Part shown: positions 53,363 through 63,514 of the stretch, piece after piece | Layout: the number at the start of each line of letters is the position of its first letter | How positions within the stretch are numbered: the stretch's first letter is position 1 | Assembly: GCA_043811375.1 (NCBI GenBank) | Contig: JBDRNJ010000036.1 | Coordinates: 648 to 64,647, forward strand | DNA length: 64,000 nt | Source of the DNA: a bacterium | GTDB taxonomy: Bacteria; Zixibacteria; MSB-5A5; GN15; FEB-12 | Direction: 5' to 3' | Made by a program: the position numbers and the translations under genes | The notes under the pieces: model-generated | What the model was told of the DNA's origin: nothing | The model's database searches: none | What the model saw: only the letters and a program-made list of their open reading frames with translations

Positions 53363-54506
53363 GGCCGATTTCTCCCCGGACTTTTTTCTGAATCAGTCCG
53401 ATTATATCTTCCGCGATAACATCTGCGGCCGGTCGCCGGTCACGGTTGAAAGTCGCTATCGCCTGTTTCATCTGTACCCACTGGTCGGAGCGATGCAATC
53501 GGACCGCCTCGCCCAGCAGGCTTAACTCGGCCAGTTGCCGTTGCATGATCACCTTCGCCATTCCCTGCCGAACGAGATTGGCGGCGTTTTTGCTCTGGTG
53601 ATCTCCGGCAGCATACGGGTAAGGCACCAGAATCGACGGCACTCCGCAGGCCAGCAGCTCCGCCAGGGTCAGCGCCCCGGCCCGGGCTATGGCCAGATCG
53701 GCTGCGGCATACACTAGGTTCATATCCCTGGCAAAGGGAAAAAGGGCGCAGTTAGTAACCTTTCTGCCCGCGCTCGCGGCCACTTCCTTGTAGTCCCTTT
53801 CTCCCGTTTGCCACAGTAGCTGATATTGTTTTGGCAGACCGTCCTGGTGCAGGGCGGCCAGTACGGCCCGGTTCAGCGTCCGGGCACCCTGGCTGCCACC
53901 CAGTATCAGAATAGTGGTTTTGCCGGCATTCAGACCAAACGTTTTCAGAGCTTCCCTCCGGTCACCCCGAAGCACCGATCTCCGCACCGGGTTACCGGTA
54001 ACAGTGACGACGGCATCGGTGCGCAAGTACTGACGGGCCGATTCAAAACCGAGATATATCCGACTCGCCTTACGCGCCAGCGAACGGGTGCTGACACCCG
54101 GAAACGAATTCTGTTCCTGAAGAACACAGGTGATCTTCCGCCAGGCGGCCACCGTCAACACCGGCAATGATACGTAGCCTCCCGTTCCGACCACCACATC
54201 CGGAGACAGCTTGCGCAGCAACAGCCATGACTGCAACAGCGCCCTGATCAGAATAAACGGCACCAGCAGATTCCTTAAGGTGATGGTCCGCGCCAGACCA
54301 CGCACATTGATCGTGTGCAGCGGGTACTCCAGCGACTTGCGCAGGCGGTACTCCAGTCCTCTCCTGGTTCCTACGAAAGCGATGTCAACTTTCATATTGT
54401 CGCCGGCCAATTCCATAATCCGGTCAGCGATAGCAATCGCCGGAAACAGGTGACCGCCGGTGCCGCCACCGGCAAAGACCACCCGGGCTGGAATCGCTTT
54501 GCTCAC
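53355..54506 (-). CDS. murG: UDP-N-acetylglucosamine--N-acetylmuramyl-(pentapeptide) pyrophosphoryl-undecaprenol GlcNAc transferase
   Basis: FAGGGTGGHLFPAIAIA, GGSQGA, and AGALTLAELLACGVPSILVPYP. Confidence 0.93.
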   Translation of the reverse strand: MSKAIPARVVFAGGGTGGHLFPAIAIADRIMELAGDNMKVDIAFVGTRRGLEYRLRKSLEYPLHTINVRGLARTITLRNLLVPFILIRALLQSWLLLRKLSPDVVVGTGGYVSLPVLTVAAWRKITCVLQEQNSFPGVSTRSLARKASRIYLGFESARQYLRTDAVVTVTGNPVRRSVLRGDRREALKTFGLNAGKTTILILGGSQGARTLNRAVLAALHQDGLPKQYQLLWQTGERDYKEVAASAGRKVTNCALFPFARDMNLVYAAADLAIARAGALTLAELLACGVPSILVPYPYAAGDHQSKNAANLVRQGMAKVIMQRQLAELSLLGEAVRLHRSDQWVQMKQAIATFNRDRRPAADVIAEDIIGLIQKKVRGEIGLV

Positions 54507-55615
54507 AACGCCACCCTCCGTGACAGATTAAGCAGCACCGCCACGGCGGCGCTGGAAACCAGCAGTGATGATCCGCCATAGGAAAAAAACGGCAGCGCCA
54601 AACCGGTCACCGGCAACAGGCTGGTGACCACTCCGATATTGATGGCCAGGTTGATAAACAACGACAGCGTCATTCCCGCGGCCAACAGAAAACCGAACCG
54701 GTCCGGTTGCGCCGAGGCAATCTTCAACCCCCGCCACAGAATGTAAAACAGTGCCGACAGGACCAACATCAAGCCCAACATGCCTATCTCTTCACCCATG
54801 GTGGCGAAGGCAAAATCGGTATGCGGGTAGGGCAGGAAAAATAACTTTTGTCGTCCATCGCCGAGTCCCACTCCCAGGATTCCCCCGGCCCCCAGAGTCA
54901 ACGCTGCCTGTTTGGCCTGGTAGCTTCCCTGCAGCGGGTCCATCACCGCCGACAGATAGTCCAGCACCCGAGCTTTTTTGTAGCCGAGACCAAACACTAC
55001 CACTGCCGCAGTGGCCGCCAGCGGCACCAGCGCCAGTAACAGATGCTTCAGACGTGCCCCGGCCAGGAAAAACATGCCCAGCGCCGTCATGAAAATCACA
55101 ATCGTCGTCCCCAGGTCCGGTTCCAGCAGCACCAGCACCAGCCCGGTGCCGACCAGGGGAGCATAGCGCCGCACCAGTTGTCGTGTGTCGGCCACGTTTC
55201 GCTTTCGATTGGAAAGCGAAAAAGCCAGAAAGAATACCAGCACAAACTTAAACATCTCCGAAGGCTGGATTGTCATCGGTCCCAGTTCCAGCCAGCGGTT
55301 TGCCCCGTTACGCTCCGGCATCAGGAAAACAGCCGCCAGCGCCAGCAACATGGCCATAAACGCCAGTGGCGAATAGACCGACAGACGGGTCAGGTCAACC
55401 CTGGTGATTATCACCAGCACCACCAGCGACAGCACCACCCAGATCACCTGGTGCCACAAAAAATACCAGTGTGACCCGAACCTGGCCTCGGCCAACATCG
55501 ACGAGTTCGAATAAATCATCACCAGGCCGGCCACCAGCGTGGCCAGAAACACCAGCAGCAGTCTCTCGTCGATTCGCCGCTTAGTTTGCAAATGTCTCGT
55601 TTTTCTGGGCACCAT
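54503..55615 (-). CDS. ftsW: SEDS family peptidoglycan polymerase FtsW
   Basis: Ten-TM SEDS pattern with QPSEMFK, LEPDLGT and PFFSYGGSSLL, between murD and murG. Confidence 0.9.
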   Translation of the reverse strand: MVPRKTRHLQTKRRIDERLLLVFLATLVAGLVMIYSNSSMLAEARFGSHWYFLWHQVIWVVLSLVVLVIITRVDLTRLSVYSPLAFMAMLLALAAVFLMPERNGANRWLELGPMTIQPSEMFKFVLVFFLAFSLSNRKRNVADTRQLVRRYAPLVGTGLVLVLLEPDLGTTIVIFMTALGMFFLAGARLKHLLLALVPLAATAAVVVFGLGYKKARVLDYLSAVMDPLQGSYQAKQAALTLGAGGILGVGLGDGRQKLFFLPYPHTDFAFATMGEEIGMLGLMLVLSALFYILWRGLKIASAQPDRFGFLLAAGMTLSLFINLAINIGVVTSLLPVTGLALPFFSYGGSSLLVSSAAVAVLLNLSRRVAL

Positions 55616-56975
55616 TTTTCAGACTCGCCACGGCCGTCTTAAAAACTCGGCCGCGATGTTCATAATTATCAAACATATCAAAACTGGCGCACCCCGGTGA
55701 CAACAGCACCGTCTCGCCGGGATGAGCCATTTCAAAACTGACGCGCACTGCGTCGGAGAGGGAATCCGCCAGTTGTACCGGGAAGCTCCGTCCCAGTTCG
55801 TTGCTGATCTTATGGCGGGCTTCTCCGATAGCGACCAGGCTCTTGATCCTGCCGGCGCCATGTTCCGCTAGCGGTTGATAGTCGTTACCTTTGTCGCGTC
55901 CACCGGCAATCAGGTGAATCGGCGTATCAATGGAACGCAGCGCCCAGCAGACGGAATCGATATTGGTGGCTTTGGAGTCATTGACAAAACTGACTCCCGC
56001 CACTCGTCCGGCATTCTCCAGACGGTGCTCCACCCCCGGAAAACTGCGCAGGGTTTTTGAAATAGCAGTCGCTTCGATATCAAACAACGTCGCGGTGGCA
56101 ACGGCGGCGGCAGCGTTCTGCAGATTGTGCGGACCGGGAATCAGGATATCGTTGTACTTGACGATTCGCGATACTTCGGACCCGCTCCGACCGCACAAAT
56201 AGCCACCGTCATCGACAAAGGCGACCGCATCGGCGCTGTCACCGGCAGTAAAAAACAGCTTCCGGGCACTGGTGGTGATAGTGTCGTGGGCGAGATGATG
56301 ATCATCGCGGTTGACAATCAGGAAATCTTCAGTTCCCTGGTTGGCGGCAATGCGGTACTTGAGTGCCTTGTATTTCTCAAACGTGCCGTGGCGATCAAGA
56401 TGATCCGCCGTTAGGTTGAGAATCAAGGCTACCTGCGGCTGGAAATCGGCGATAGCTTCCAACTGGAAAGTCGACACCTCCACCACAGCGATACCTTGTG
56501 GTGTTACCTGGTGGGCTACTTCACAGAAAGGGCGACCGATATTGCCACAAACAAAAACTTCGTATCCGGCGGCGGCGAAAATTTCACCGATGAGGGTAGT
56601 GGTGGTAGTTTTGCCGTTGGACCCGGTGACGGCTACGATCCGGCCCCGGTTGACCCAGGAGGCGAACTCCAGCTCCGAAAAGACCGGAATTCCCCTCCGG
56701 CGCGCTTCCTCCAGGATGTCCAGATGCGGCGGTACTCCCGGCGAAACCACCAGGTAGTCCGACTGAAGCAGGCGCTCCGTATGGCCGTCGGTCTCAAACG
56801 GGATAGCATCGCGTTTCAGTCGGTCGCCGGCCTCTCGCAACAGTTCGGAGCGGGCACTGTCGGACACAAACGGCTTTCCGCCCTGGCTGACGGCCAGGTA
56901 AGCGGCCGCCATCCCGGAGCGGGCCATGCCGACAATGCCGATCCGTCGACCTCGTATTAATTGCTCTGTTGTCAT
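55581..56975 (-). CDS. murD: UDP-N-acetylmuramoylalanine--D-glutamate ligase
   Basis: IGIVGMARSGMAAA and GSNGKTTTTTLIG. The start is taken at MTTEQL (56975), which overlaps the mraY stop (ATGA); the ORF track extends to 57029. Confidence 0.92.
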   Translation of the reverse strand: MTTEQLIRGRRIGIVGMARSGMAAAYLAVSQGGKPFVSDSARSELLREAGDRLKRDAIPFETDGHTERLLQSDYLVVSPGVPPHLDILEEARRRGIPVFSELEFASWVNRGRIVAVTGSNGKTTTTTLIGEIFAAAGYEVFVCGNIGRPFCEVAHQVTPQGIAVVEVSTFQLEAIADFQPQVALILNLTADHLDRHGTFEKYKALKYRIAANQGTEDFLIVNRDDHHLAHDTITTSARKLFFTAGDSADAVAFVDDGGYLCGRSGSEVSRIVKYNDILIPGPHNLQNAAAAVATATLFDIEATAISKTLRSFPGVEHRLENAGRVAGVSFVNDSKATNIDSVCWALRSIDTPIHLIAGGRDKGNDYQPLAEHGAGRIKSLVAIGEARHKISNELGRSFPVQLADSLSDAVRVSFEMAHPGETVLLSPGCASFDMFDNYEHRGRVFKTAVASLKNGAQKNETFAN

Positions 56976-58060
56976 CGTACTTTCAAAGTTGCCAGTGTCA
57001 ACAAGGCGCACAGTGCGCCAATGATCCAAAACCGAACCACCACCTTGGACTCCGGCCAGCCGGACAGTTCAAAATGATGATGAATCGGCGCCATGCGAAA
57101 CACCCGCCGTCCGCCGCGATAACGATACGACGCCACCTGGATTATCACTGAAAGTGCTTCTACCACGAACACCCCGCCTACGATTACCAGCAGTAGTTCT
57201 TTCTGGAGCAGGATGGCGATGGCGCCCAGGGCTCCGCCCAGCGCCAGCGACCCGGTATCGCCCATAAAAACCTCGGCCGGGTGCGAGTTGAACCACAGGA
57301 AGCCGATACAGGAGCCAATCGCCGCGCCGCAGTACACCGTCAACTCACCGGCTCCGGGCAGATATTCAAACTGCAGGTAGTTGGAGAAATCCAGTCGGCC
57401 GGTAACGTAAGCGATCCCCCCAAATGTGAAAAAGCATATCGCACACAGACCGATCGCCAGCCCGTCCAGGCCATCGGTGAGATTGACGGCGTTGGACGAC
57501 CCGGTTATGACGGCAACCACAAAGGGTATATACAGGATACCCAGTACCAGCAGGTAGTTTTTGAAAAACGGTATATCGGTGGTGCCGTCATAGCGACCAT
57601 CCGGACTGGCGTAGTACAGCAGCACTCCCACCAGCAGACCCAGCACAATCTGCCCCACCAGTTTCTTGCGCGCCACCATCCCCTTTGGCTGGCCCTTGAC
57701 GGCTTTTAAGTAATCATCCATGTAACCGATCAATCCCAGCCAGACCGTCACTAACAGCAGCATGAGAACACTGAAATTGGTCAGGTCGGCCCACAAAAGC
57801 GTAGGTACCACGATGCCCGCCAGGATGATCAGCCCGCCCATGGTCGGCGTGCCGGCCTTCTGCTGGTGACTGGCGGGACCATCCTGACGTATATTCTCCC
57901 GCACCTGGTACTTGTTCAACAGCCGAATAAAAAACGGTCCCAGGATAAGACAGATGAATATAGCGGTAACCGTGGCGCCGGCAGTCCGGAAGGTGATGTA
58001 CTTGAACAGATTGAAACCGGAAACGTACTCCGTCAAAGGATACAACAGGTGGTACAGCAT
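56972..58060 (-). CDS. mraY: Phospho-N-acetylmuramoyl-pentapeptide transferase
   Basis: K.GTPTMGG, NAVNLTDGLDGLA, MGDTGSLALGG and PIHHHFE. Confidence 0.95.
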   Translation of the reverse strand: MLYHLLYPLTEYVSGFNLFKYITFRTAGATVTAIFICLILGPFFIRLLNKYQVRENIRQDGPASHQQKAGTPTMGGLIILAGIVVPTLLWADLTNFSVLMLLLVTVWLGLIGYMDDYLKAVKGQPKGMVARKKLVGQIVLGLLVGVLLYYASPDGRYDGTTDIPFFKNYLLVLGILYIPFVVAVITGSSNAVNLTDGLDGLAIGLCAICFFTFGGIAYVTGRLDFSNYLQFEYLPGAGELTVYCGAAIGSCIGFLWFNSHPAEVFMGDTGSLALGGALGAIAILLQKELLLVIVGGVFVVEALSVIIQVASYRYRGGRRVFRMAPIHHHFELSGWPESKVVVRFWIIGALCALLTLATLKVR

Positions 58061-59451
58061 CAGGACACCTCACCCGAATCGTTGACAGCCGCGATAACGG
58101 CCTCCAGGCCTATGCCGCGCGATGCCTTGACCAGCACCATGTCTCCAGGTGACAGGCAAGCGGGCACTGCCGCAGCCGCTTCCCCGGCATTATGATAGTG
58201 ACGAACCACTTCCGGTGACACGCCGGCGGCGAGCACTTCCTGCATAGTCTGCCGGGATAATGGTCCCACAAATACGGCCAATGCGAAATCGTGCCGTGCC
58301 AGCAGTCGGCCGATCTCCCGGTGATAGGCGGCTCCGGCGGTGCCCAACTCCAGCATGTCACCCATCACGACAATCCGCCGTCCGCCGCAGGGAATCTCAA
58401 AAAAAGTTTCTACCGCCGCCTTCACCGAATCCGGGTTGGCGTTATAGCAATCGGCATAAAAGGTAATGCCGCCGCGGGTGACAAGTTGCCCTCTCATGGG
58501 CATAGTCGTAAGTGTCAGGCTGCCGGTGTCCACGCCGTCGAAATCAAAACCGAGAACACGCACGGCAGCATAGGCGGCCAGCAGATTGTAAACCTGATGT
58601 CGCCCTCTCAACGGCAGGTGGAAACTGTCGCCGTCAATGGTTACGCGGGTGCCGCCATCTTCGGTTGTAAACGATTGCGGCCGAAAGTCGGCTTGGCCGT
58701 CAATCGCGAACGTCGTCAGGTTCGACCGCAGTCGGCGCACCTGCTCTATAAGTATCCTGTCGTCGGCGTTCACGATTACCGGCACCGTATCGGCTGCCGC
58801 CTGAACCAGTTCCAGCTTGGCCCGCGCTACTGACTCGACCGAATCGAGAAACTCCAGATGCGAGGGACCGACATTAGTGATGACAATGACATCCGGTTCT
58901 ACTATGGCGGCCAGCGAAGTCATTTCACCGGGAGTGGAGATGCCCAGTTCCATGACGGCCATCTGCGTCTCCCGGGGCATAGCCAGCAGGGCCAGAGGCG
59001 CCCCGTAAAGATTGTTGAGATTTCCGGAAGAACGATAGACTCCTGCCGTCACTGCATTAAGCAGATGGAAACTTAGTTCCTTGGTGGTGGTTTTGCCGTT
59101 GGAGCCGGTTATAGCCACAAAACGGGCACGGCCGGACTGCCGATATTCCCTGGCCAGCCGTATCATGGCCTGATGGCTGTCCTCGACCGCCACAACCGCC
59201 ACATCACTTCGGATACGGTTCAATTGCGGATAGCTGAATTCGACCATCACGCCGCCGGCACCTTTGGCAACGGCCTGACTTATGAAATCATGCCCGTCGT
59301 GACGCACGCCACGCAACGCAATAAACAACTGGCCGCTCTCAAGGGTGCGGCTGTCAATCGACACCCCGGTAAACATCTGCTCGGCCCGATCGCTGTTATA
59401 GAGCGTCCCACCGGTCATGACCGTCAGTTGATCAAAACGCAAAGTTATCAA
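58060..59451 (-). CDS. murF: UDP-N-acetylmuramoyl-tripeptide--D-alanyl-D-alanine ligase
   Basis: ITGSNGKTTTKE, the Mur ligase middle and C-terminal domains, and its position between murE and mraY. Confidence 0.9.
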   Translation of the reverse strand: MITLRFDQLTVMTGGTLYNSDRAEQMFTGVSIDSRTLESGQLFIALRGVRHDGHDFISQAVAKGAGGVMVEFSYPQLNRIRSDVAVVAVEDSHQAMIRLAREYRQSGRARFVAITGSNGKTTTKELSFHLLNAVTAGVYRSSGNLNNLYGAPLALLAMPRETQMAVMELGISTPGEMTSLAAIVEPDVIVITNVGPSHLEFLDSVESVARAKLELVQAAADTVPVIVNADDRILIEQVRRLRSNLTTFAIDGQADFRPQSFTTEDGGTRVTIDGDSFHLPLRGRHQVYNLLAAYAAVRVLGFDFDGVDTGSLTLTTMPMRGQLVTRGGITFYADCYNANPDSVKAAVETFFEIPCGGRRIVVMGDMLELGTAGAAYHREIGRLLARHDFALAVFVGPLSRQTMQEVLAAGVSPEVVRHYHNAGEAAAAVPACLSPGDMVLVKASRGIGLEAVIAAVNDSGEVS

Positions 59452-60917
59452 TTCCCTTCGCCCGTCACCTTAGTTGTGAAACCGGACTCAGCCAGAAATT
59501 TCTCAGCCTCTTCAATATCATCAAACGGGTGCCTGGCACCTTTCACTTCCTGGTACTTCTCCGCTCCCTTGCCGGCCAGCACCACGGCGTCGCCGGCCCG
59601 CGCCTGTTTGAGTATCGTACCGATCGCCTCACGACGATCGACCACAACCTGGTAATCACTTCCCTGCAAACCCGGTTTAATATCATCGATTATCGCTTGC
59701 GGGTCTTCACCACGCGGATTGTCCGATGTGATCACCGACAGATCAGCACCCGAGGTGGCCGCCCGGCCCATCAACGGCCGCTTGCCACGATCGCGATCAC
59801 CGCCACAGCCGAACAGCAGCAGTAACCGTCCTTCGGTAATCTCCCGCACCGATTGACACACCCGCTCGATGGCATCCGGCGTATGAGCGAAGTCGACATA
59901 GACCGCAAATGGCTGCCCGGCTCGTACCGTTTCCAGCCGTCCCGGCACCACCGGCGCCGATTCCAGACCGGCCGCCACGTTGTCCAGATCGATTCCGCAG
60001 GCCAGTCCCGCCGCAGCGGCAGCTACGGCGTTCAACAGGTTGAACCGCCCCGGCAAATGATAGGTTACTGTCCGGGTACCCATTGGAGTCACCAGGTCAA
60101 GTATGGTTTTCTCCGCTTCCAGTTCGAAGTCGGCGCAGTGGACATCGGCCGAGTTGTCACTGAGCGAATAACTGATATGCGATGACTTGAAATCGCCGAA
60201 AAACTGCCGAAACTCAGGCACGTCGATGTTAACCACTAAATAACTGAGTTCGCCCTCGATTTTCTCCACCAGCAGCGACTTGGCCTTGAGGTACTGTTCC
60301 ATGGTGCCGTGAAAATCAAGATGATCACGAGTGAAGTTGGTCAGGACGACCACGCGGAAATTGATATTTTCCACGCGCTTGAGCGCCAGGGCGTGCGAGG
60401 AGACTTCGACCACGGCATTGACACACCGGTTTTTTTTCATAAGTGTAAACAGACGCTGCAGATCGAGCGACTCGGGTGTGGTCCGTTCGGCGGGGAATGT
60501 CTCCTGACCGGTATCGTAGACTATCGACGATACCAAACCAACGGTCTTGTTCCTTTGCTCGAGAATCCGTTTGACCAGGTGGCAGACAGTGGTTTTACCG
60601 TTGGTTCCGGTCACACCGCAGACCTTCAAATCACGACCGGGATAGCCGTAAAAACGGGCCGCTACATCGGACATGGCCTGCCGAATGTCCGGCACCCGGA
60701 TATGGGTTTCGACACCGTCGCATTCGGAGCGCTCACCCATAACCGCCACTGCACCGTTGGCCCGGGCCTGCTCGACGAAATCGTAACCGTCCTGAGTGAA
60801 ACCGGTCACGGCAAAAAACAACGCCTGCGGCCGTATCAGACGGGAATCGTATTCCATCGTCTCGATCTCAATATCCGTCGGACCGGTGACTTCCGTCTGT
60901 GGCAGTTCTTCAATCAA
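59448..60917 (-). CDS. murE: UDP-N-acetylmuramoyl-L-alanyl-D-glutamate--2,6-diaminopimelate ligase
   Basis: VTGTNGKTTV, and DNPR in ITSDNPRGEDP (a DAP-type determinant by established knowledge). Confidence 0.9.
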   Translation of the reverse strand: MIEELPQTEVTGPTDIEIETMEYDSRLIRPQALFFAVTGFTQDGYDFVEQARANGAVAVMGERSECDGVETHIRVPDIRQAMSDVAARFYGYPGRDLKVCGVTGTNGKTTVCHLVKRILEQRNKTVGLVSSIVYDTGQETFPAERTTPESLDLQRLFTLMKKNRCVNAVVEVSSHALALKRVENINFRVVVLTNFTRDHLDFHGTMEQYLKAKSLLVEKIEGELSYLVVNIDVPEFRQFFGDFKSSHISYSLSDNSADVHCADFELEAEKTILDLVTPMGTRTVTYHLPGRFNLLNAVAAAAAGLACGIDLDNVAAGLESAPVVPGRLETVRAGQPFAVYVDFAHTPDAIERVCQSVREITEGRLLLLFGCGGDRDRGKRPLMGRAATSGADLSVITSDNPRGEDPQAIIDDIKPGLQGSDYQVVVDRREAIGTILKQARAGDAVVLAGKGAEKYQEVKGARHPFDDIEEAEKFLAESGFTTKVTGEGN

Positions 60918-60944
60918 CTCTGCGAGTGTAATGACATCCTCCCG

Positions 60945-63023
60945 TTAAAGCGGCCGGCATTGAAGTTGACAATGTTCATCTCCGGCCAACCGGGCACCCG
61001 ATTTAACCGACTGGCGCATCACCCGGCCGTTGCCCGTTACTCGACAGGCCAGGCCGGCAAATTCCAGAAAAGCAGCCGCCTGGCGTATCGACAGACCGGT
61101 TAAGTCCATCATGGTTATCCCCGGGGCCGAAAGCGATTCCACGACAGTCAGTATCTCTTCATCGCCTAAGATCAATCGATCCGGGGCCGGGTATTGCCAG
61201 ACGACATTTCCCTCTTGGGAACTGGCACGCAGTTTCAATCCGCAACGGTCAGCCATACCGGTCGCCAGGGTCAATTCGCGCCCCACCAGGTCCGGCACCC
61301 GCACCGCGCCGGCATCGGATCGCGGATTCCGGGCCAACTGCATCGCATCTATATTGAACAGATCGGGTCTCAGCACCAGGTGACGTTCGGCTATCCGTCG
61401 AAACACGGGACCTGCTGTCCAGCCACCGTAGTGAATCGGTTCCGGCTCGTGCAAGATCACGATTCCGGCAATCCGGGGCTTCTCAAACGGAAAAAAACCG
61501 GCAAAACTGGCAATAAAACGATTCTTGAAATAGCGACGGTTGACCAGGTCCGGAATCTCCGCGGTTCCCGTTTTGCCCGCGATGGAGATCACCGGTGAAT
61601 TGACCGGCTCGGCCGTTCCTTGTTTAACTACACCCCGCAGGATATTGCAAAGGGTGGCGGCTGTTGATTCACTCATGACCGATCTGACCACCTCGGCAGT
61701 TCGTCGGAAAGGCTTAAATCCATCCTCATCCACGCAGCCGAGAATCAACCGCGGTCGCAGCAGTTGACCACCGTTGGCAATGGCTGCAAACGCGACCGCC
61801 AGTTGCAACGGTGTTACCGCCACGGCGTGACCCATAGCCAGGGCTGCGACATTGAAATCGGACCAGCGCGCGGGACGCACCAGATGTCCTCTGGCCTCTC
61901 CCGGCAAGCCTAAGGCCGTCTTTTGTCCAATCCCGAAATCCCGGGTCGCTCGGTATAACTCATCCCCGCCCAACTCTACGGCACACTTGGCCAGCCCGAT
62001 GTTGCTGGACAATTGAACTACTTCTTCGAAGGTCAACCAACCGCGTTTCTTGTCGTCGTGAAGATAACGACGACCGATCTTGAAGCGACCTTCCTCACAA
62101 TAGATGGAATCTTCCAGCGCCACCAGTTCGGCCTCGAGCAGAGCCGCAACAGTTATGGCCTTAAATACCGATCCCGGTTCAAACTGATCGGACACAGCGC
62201 GAAGTTTGACCGGTTTATCACGGTTCTGTTCATCGGGATCATAGTGGGCAATCGCCAGGATGTCACCGTTATGACAGTCCATAAACACCGCCATGCCGGC
62301 TTTGGCATCGTATTCCTGCACTCCCTTTATCAACTCCTGCTGCACGATTTCCTGCAGCGGCCAGTCGATCGTCAGCACCAGCGACTGACCGGGGCGTGGT
62401 TTGACGGAGGCCGTTTCCTTAACCCGGAAAGTATTGCGCAAACCGTCACGCCGCAGATCCGCCAGACCTTTCTGACCGGCCAGAAGCGAATCGTAAAACA
62501 GTTCCACACCGGCCAACCCGTGGTGATCAATGTCGGTAAACCCCAGCACCTGCCGACCTACCAGGTCAAACGGGTAAACGCGCTGGGTCTCATGGCGCAA
62601 ATAAAGACCCCGGGGAGCGTCGGCCTCGATCCGGTCGGCCTGGACATCAGTCAGGCAGCGCTGGATCCAGCGAAACTTACGCGGGGCCAGTCCAAACTTC
62701 CCGGTCGCCGCCCGTCCCGGCAGATCGAAAAACCGTTCCAGATATCTGCTGACTGTCTGCAGTTGCTTTTGACCGACCGGATAGGCATACAGTGATGAGA
62801 CCCTGACGTTGTCGGCGATCACGGTCCCGTGACGATCATAGATACGGCCCCTCTCGGCCGGGATTGATACCATGCTGGTGGACTGCTGACTGACAATCTT
62901 GCTGTATTGTGGATGCAGGATGATCTGCAAATGCCCCAGCCTGATGACCACCACTGCGAAAAAAAGACAAACAAGAACAAACAATGTACCCAGCCGCAAT
63001 CGCTCTTGCCTGGTACGCTTCAC
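60945..63023 (-). CDS. ftsI: Division-specific class B penicillin-binding protein (FtsI type) with two C-terminal PASTA domains
   Basis: N-terminal TM helix and PBP dimerisation domain. Transpeptidase motifs S-x-x-K (PGSVFK), SSN and KTGT. C-terminal VPDLVGREL...QYP and MDLTGLSIRQA...RQSV are PASTA-like repeats. Confidence 0.9.
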   Translation of the reverse strand: MKRTRQERLRLGTLFVLVCLFFAVVVIRLGHLQIILHPQYSKIVSQQSTSMVSIPAERGRIYDRHGTVIADNVRVSSLYAYPVGQKQLQTVSRYLERFFDLPGRAATGKFGLAPRKFRWIQRCLTDVQADRIEADAPRGLYLRHETQRVYPFDLVGRQVLGFTDIDHHGLAGVELFYDSLLAGQKGLADLRRDGLRNTFRVKETASVKPRPGQSLVLTIDWPLQEIVQQELIKGVQEYDAKAGMAVFMDCHNGDILAIAHYDPDEQNRDKPVKLRAVSDQFEPGSVFKAITVAALLEAELVALEDSIYCEEGRFKIGRRYLHDDKKRGWLTFEEVVQLSSNIGLAKCAVELGGDELYRATRDFGIGQKTALGLPGEARGHLVRPARWSDFNVAALAMGHAVAVTPLQLAVAFAAIANGGQLLRPRLILGCVDEDGFKPFRRTAEVVRSVMSESTAATLCNILRGVVKQGTAEPVNSPVISIAGKTGTAEIPDLVNRRYFKNRFIASFAGFFPFEKPRIAGIVILHEPEPIHYGGWTAGPVFRRIAERHLVLRPDLFNIDAMQLARNPRSDAGAVRVPDLVGRELTLATGMADRCGLKLRASSQEGNVVWQYPAPDRLILGDEEILTVVESLSAPGITMMDLTGLSIRQAAAFLEFAGLACRVTGNGRVMRQSVKSGARLAGDEHCQLQCRPL

Positions 63024-63514
63024 TCGCCGGCTCCCTTCAGGACGCTGGAGTCAATCTCCAGTGATCGGGGTTCTCCGGCATGGGCACTCGTCGGCGATAC
63101 CACCGGCAGGTACCGGGCCATCCTCTTAGCCGCCGACGCCAACGCCTCCAGATCATCTTGCGGCGGCAGCGGATCTTCCGGACGCGACAGGGTCAACAGT
63201 CGATCGGCGGCAATCAACTCCAGACCGAGCGTATCGCGGGCATAGGCCTGAATGCGCGAAGCCGCCTGCAAAGACGCAATCTGCGACCGGGTTTTCTTGA
63301 GTTGGTCCAGCAGATCGGCATGTTCTTTCCGTTCATGCTCCACTTCCTGCAGCAGTCCCATCACTTTCACTCTTTGCCAGACATGAAGGCACGACGCGGC
63401 CAGCACGGCTGCGATCAGGATAGTCACCAGAAAATAGCGATGTGAGCGCCACTGATTGACCCACGAGGATCGAATCTCGACGGTTTCTTTGAATTTGCGA
63501 ACAGTTTCCCTCAT
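63020..63514 (-). CDS. ftsL: Cell division protein FtsL-like (single TM helix plus coiled coil, extended C-terminus)
   Basis: The ATG at 63514 overlaps the rsmH TGA (ATGA). It has the TM helix YFLVTILIAAVLAASCLHVW and then a heptad-like region. The ORF-track extension to 63796 overlaps rsmH and is rejected. Confidence 0.65.
   Translation of the reverse strand: MRETVRKFKETVEIRSSWVNQWRSHRYFLVTILIAAVLAASCLHVWQRVKVMGLLQEVEHERKEHADLLDQLKKTRSQIASLQAASRIQAYARDTLGLELIAADRLLTLSRPEDPLPPQDDLEALASAAKRMARYLPVVSPTSAHAGEPRSLEIDSSVLKGAGE

Noticed and set aside
60309-61103. 264-aa plus-strand ORF. The same applies to 62013-62795, 57281-57709, 24387-25130 and 19682-20347.
   Set aside because: All lie antisense to strongly supported murE, ftsI, mraY, feoB and purB genes.
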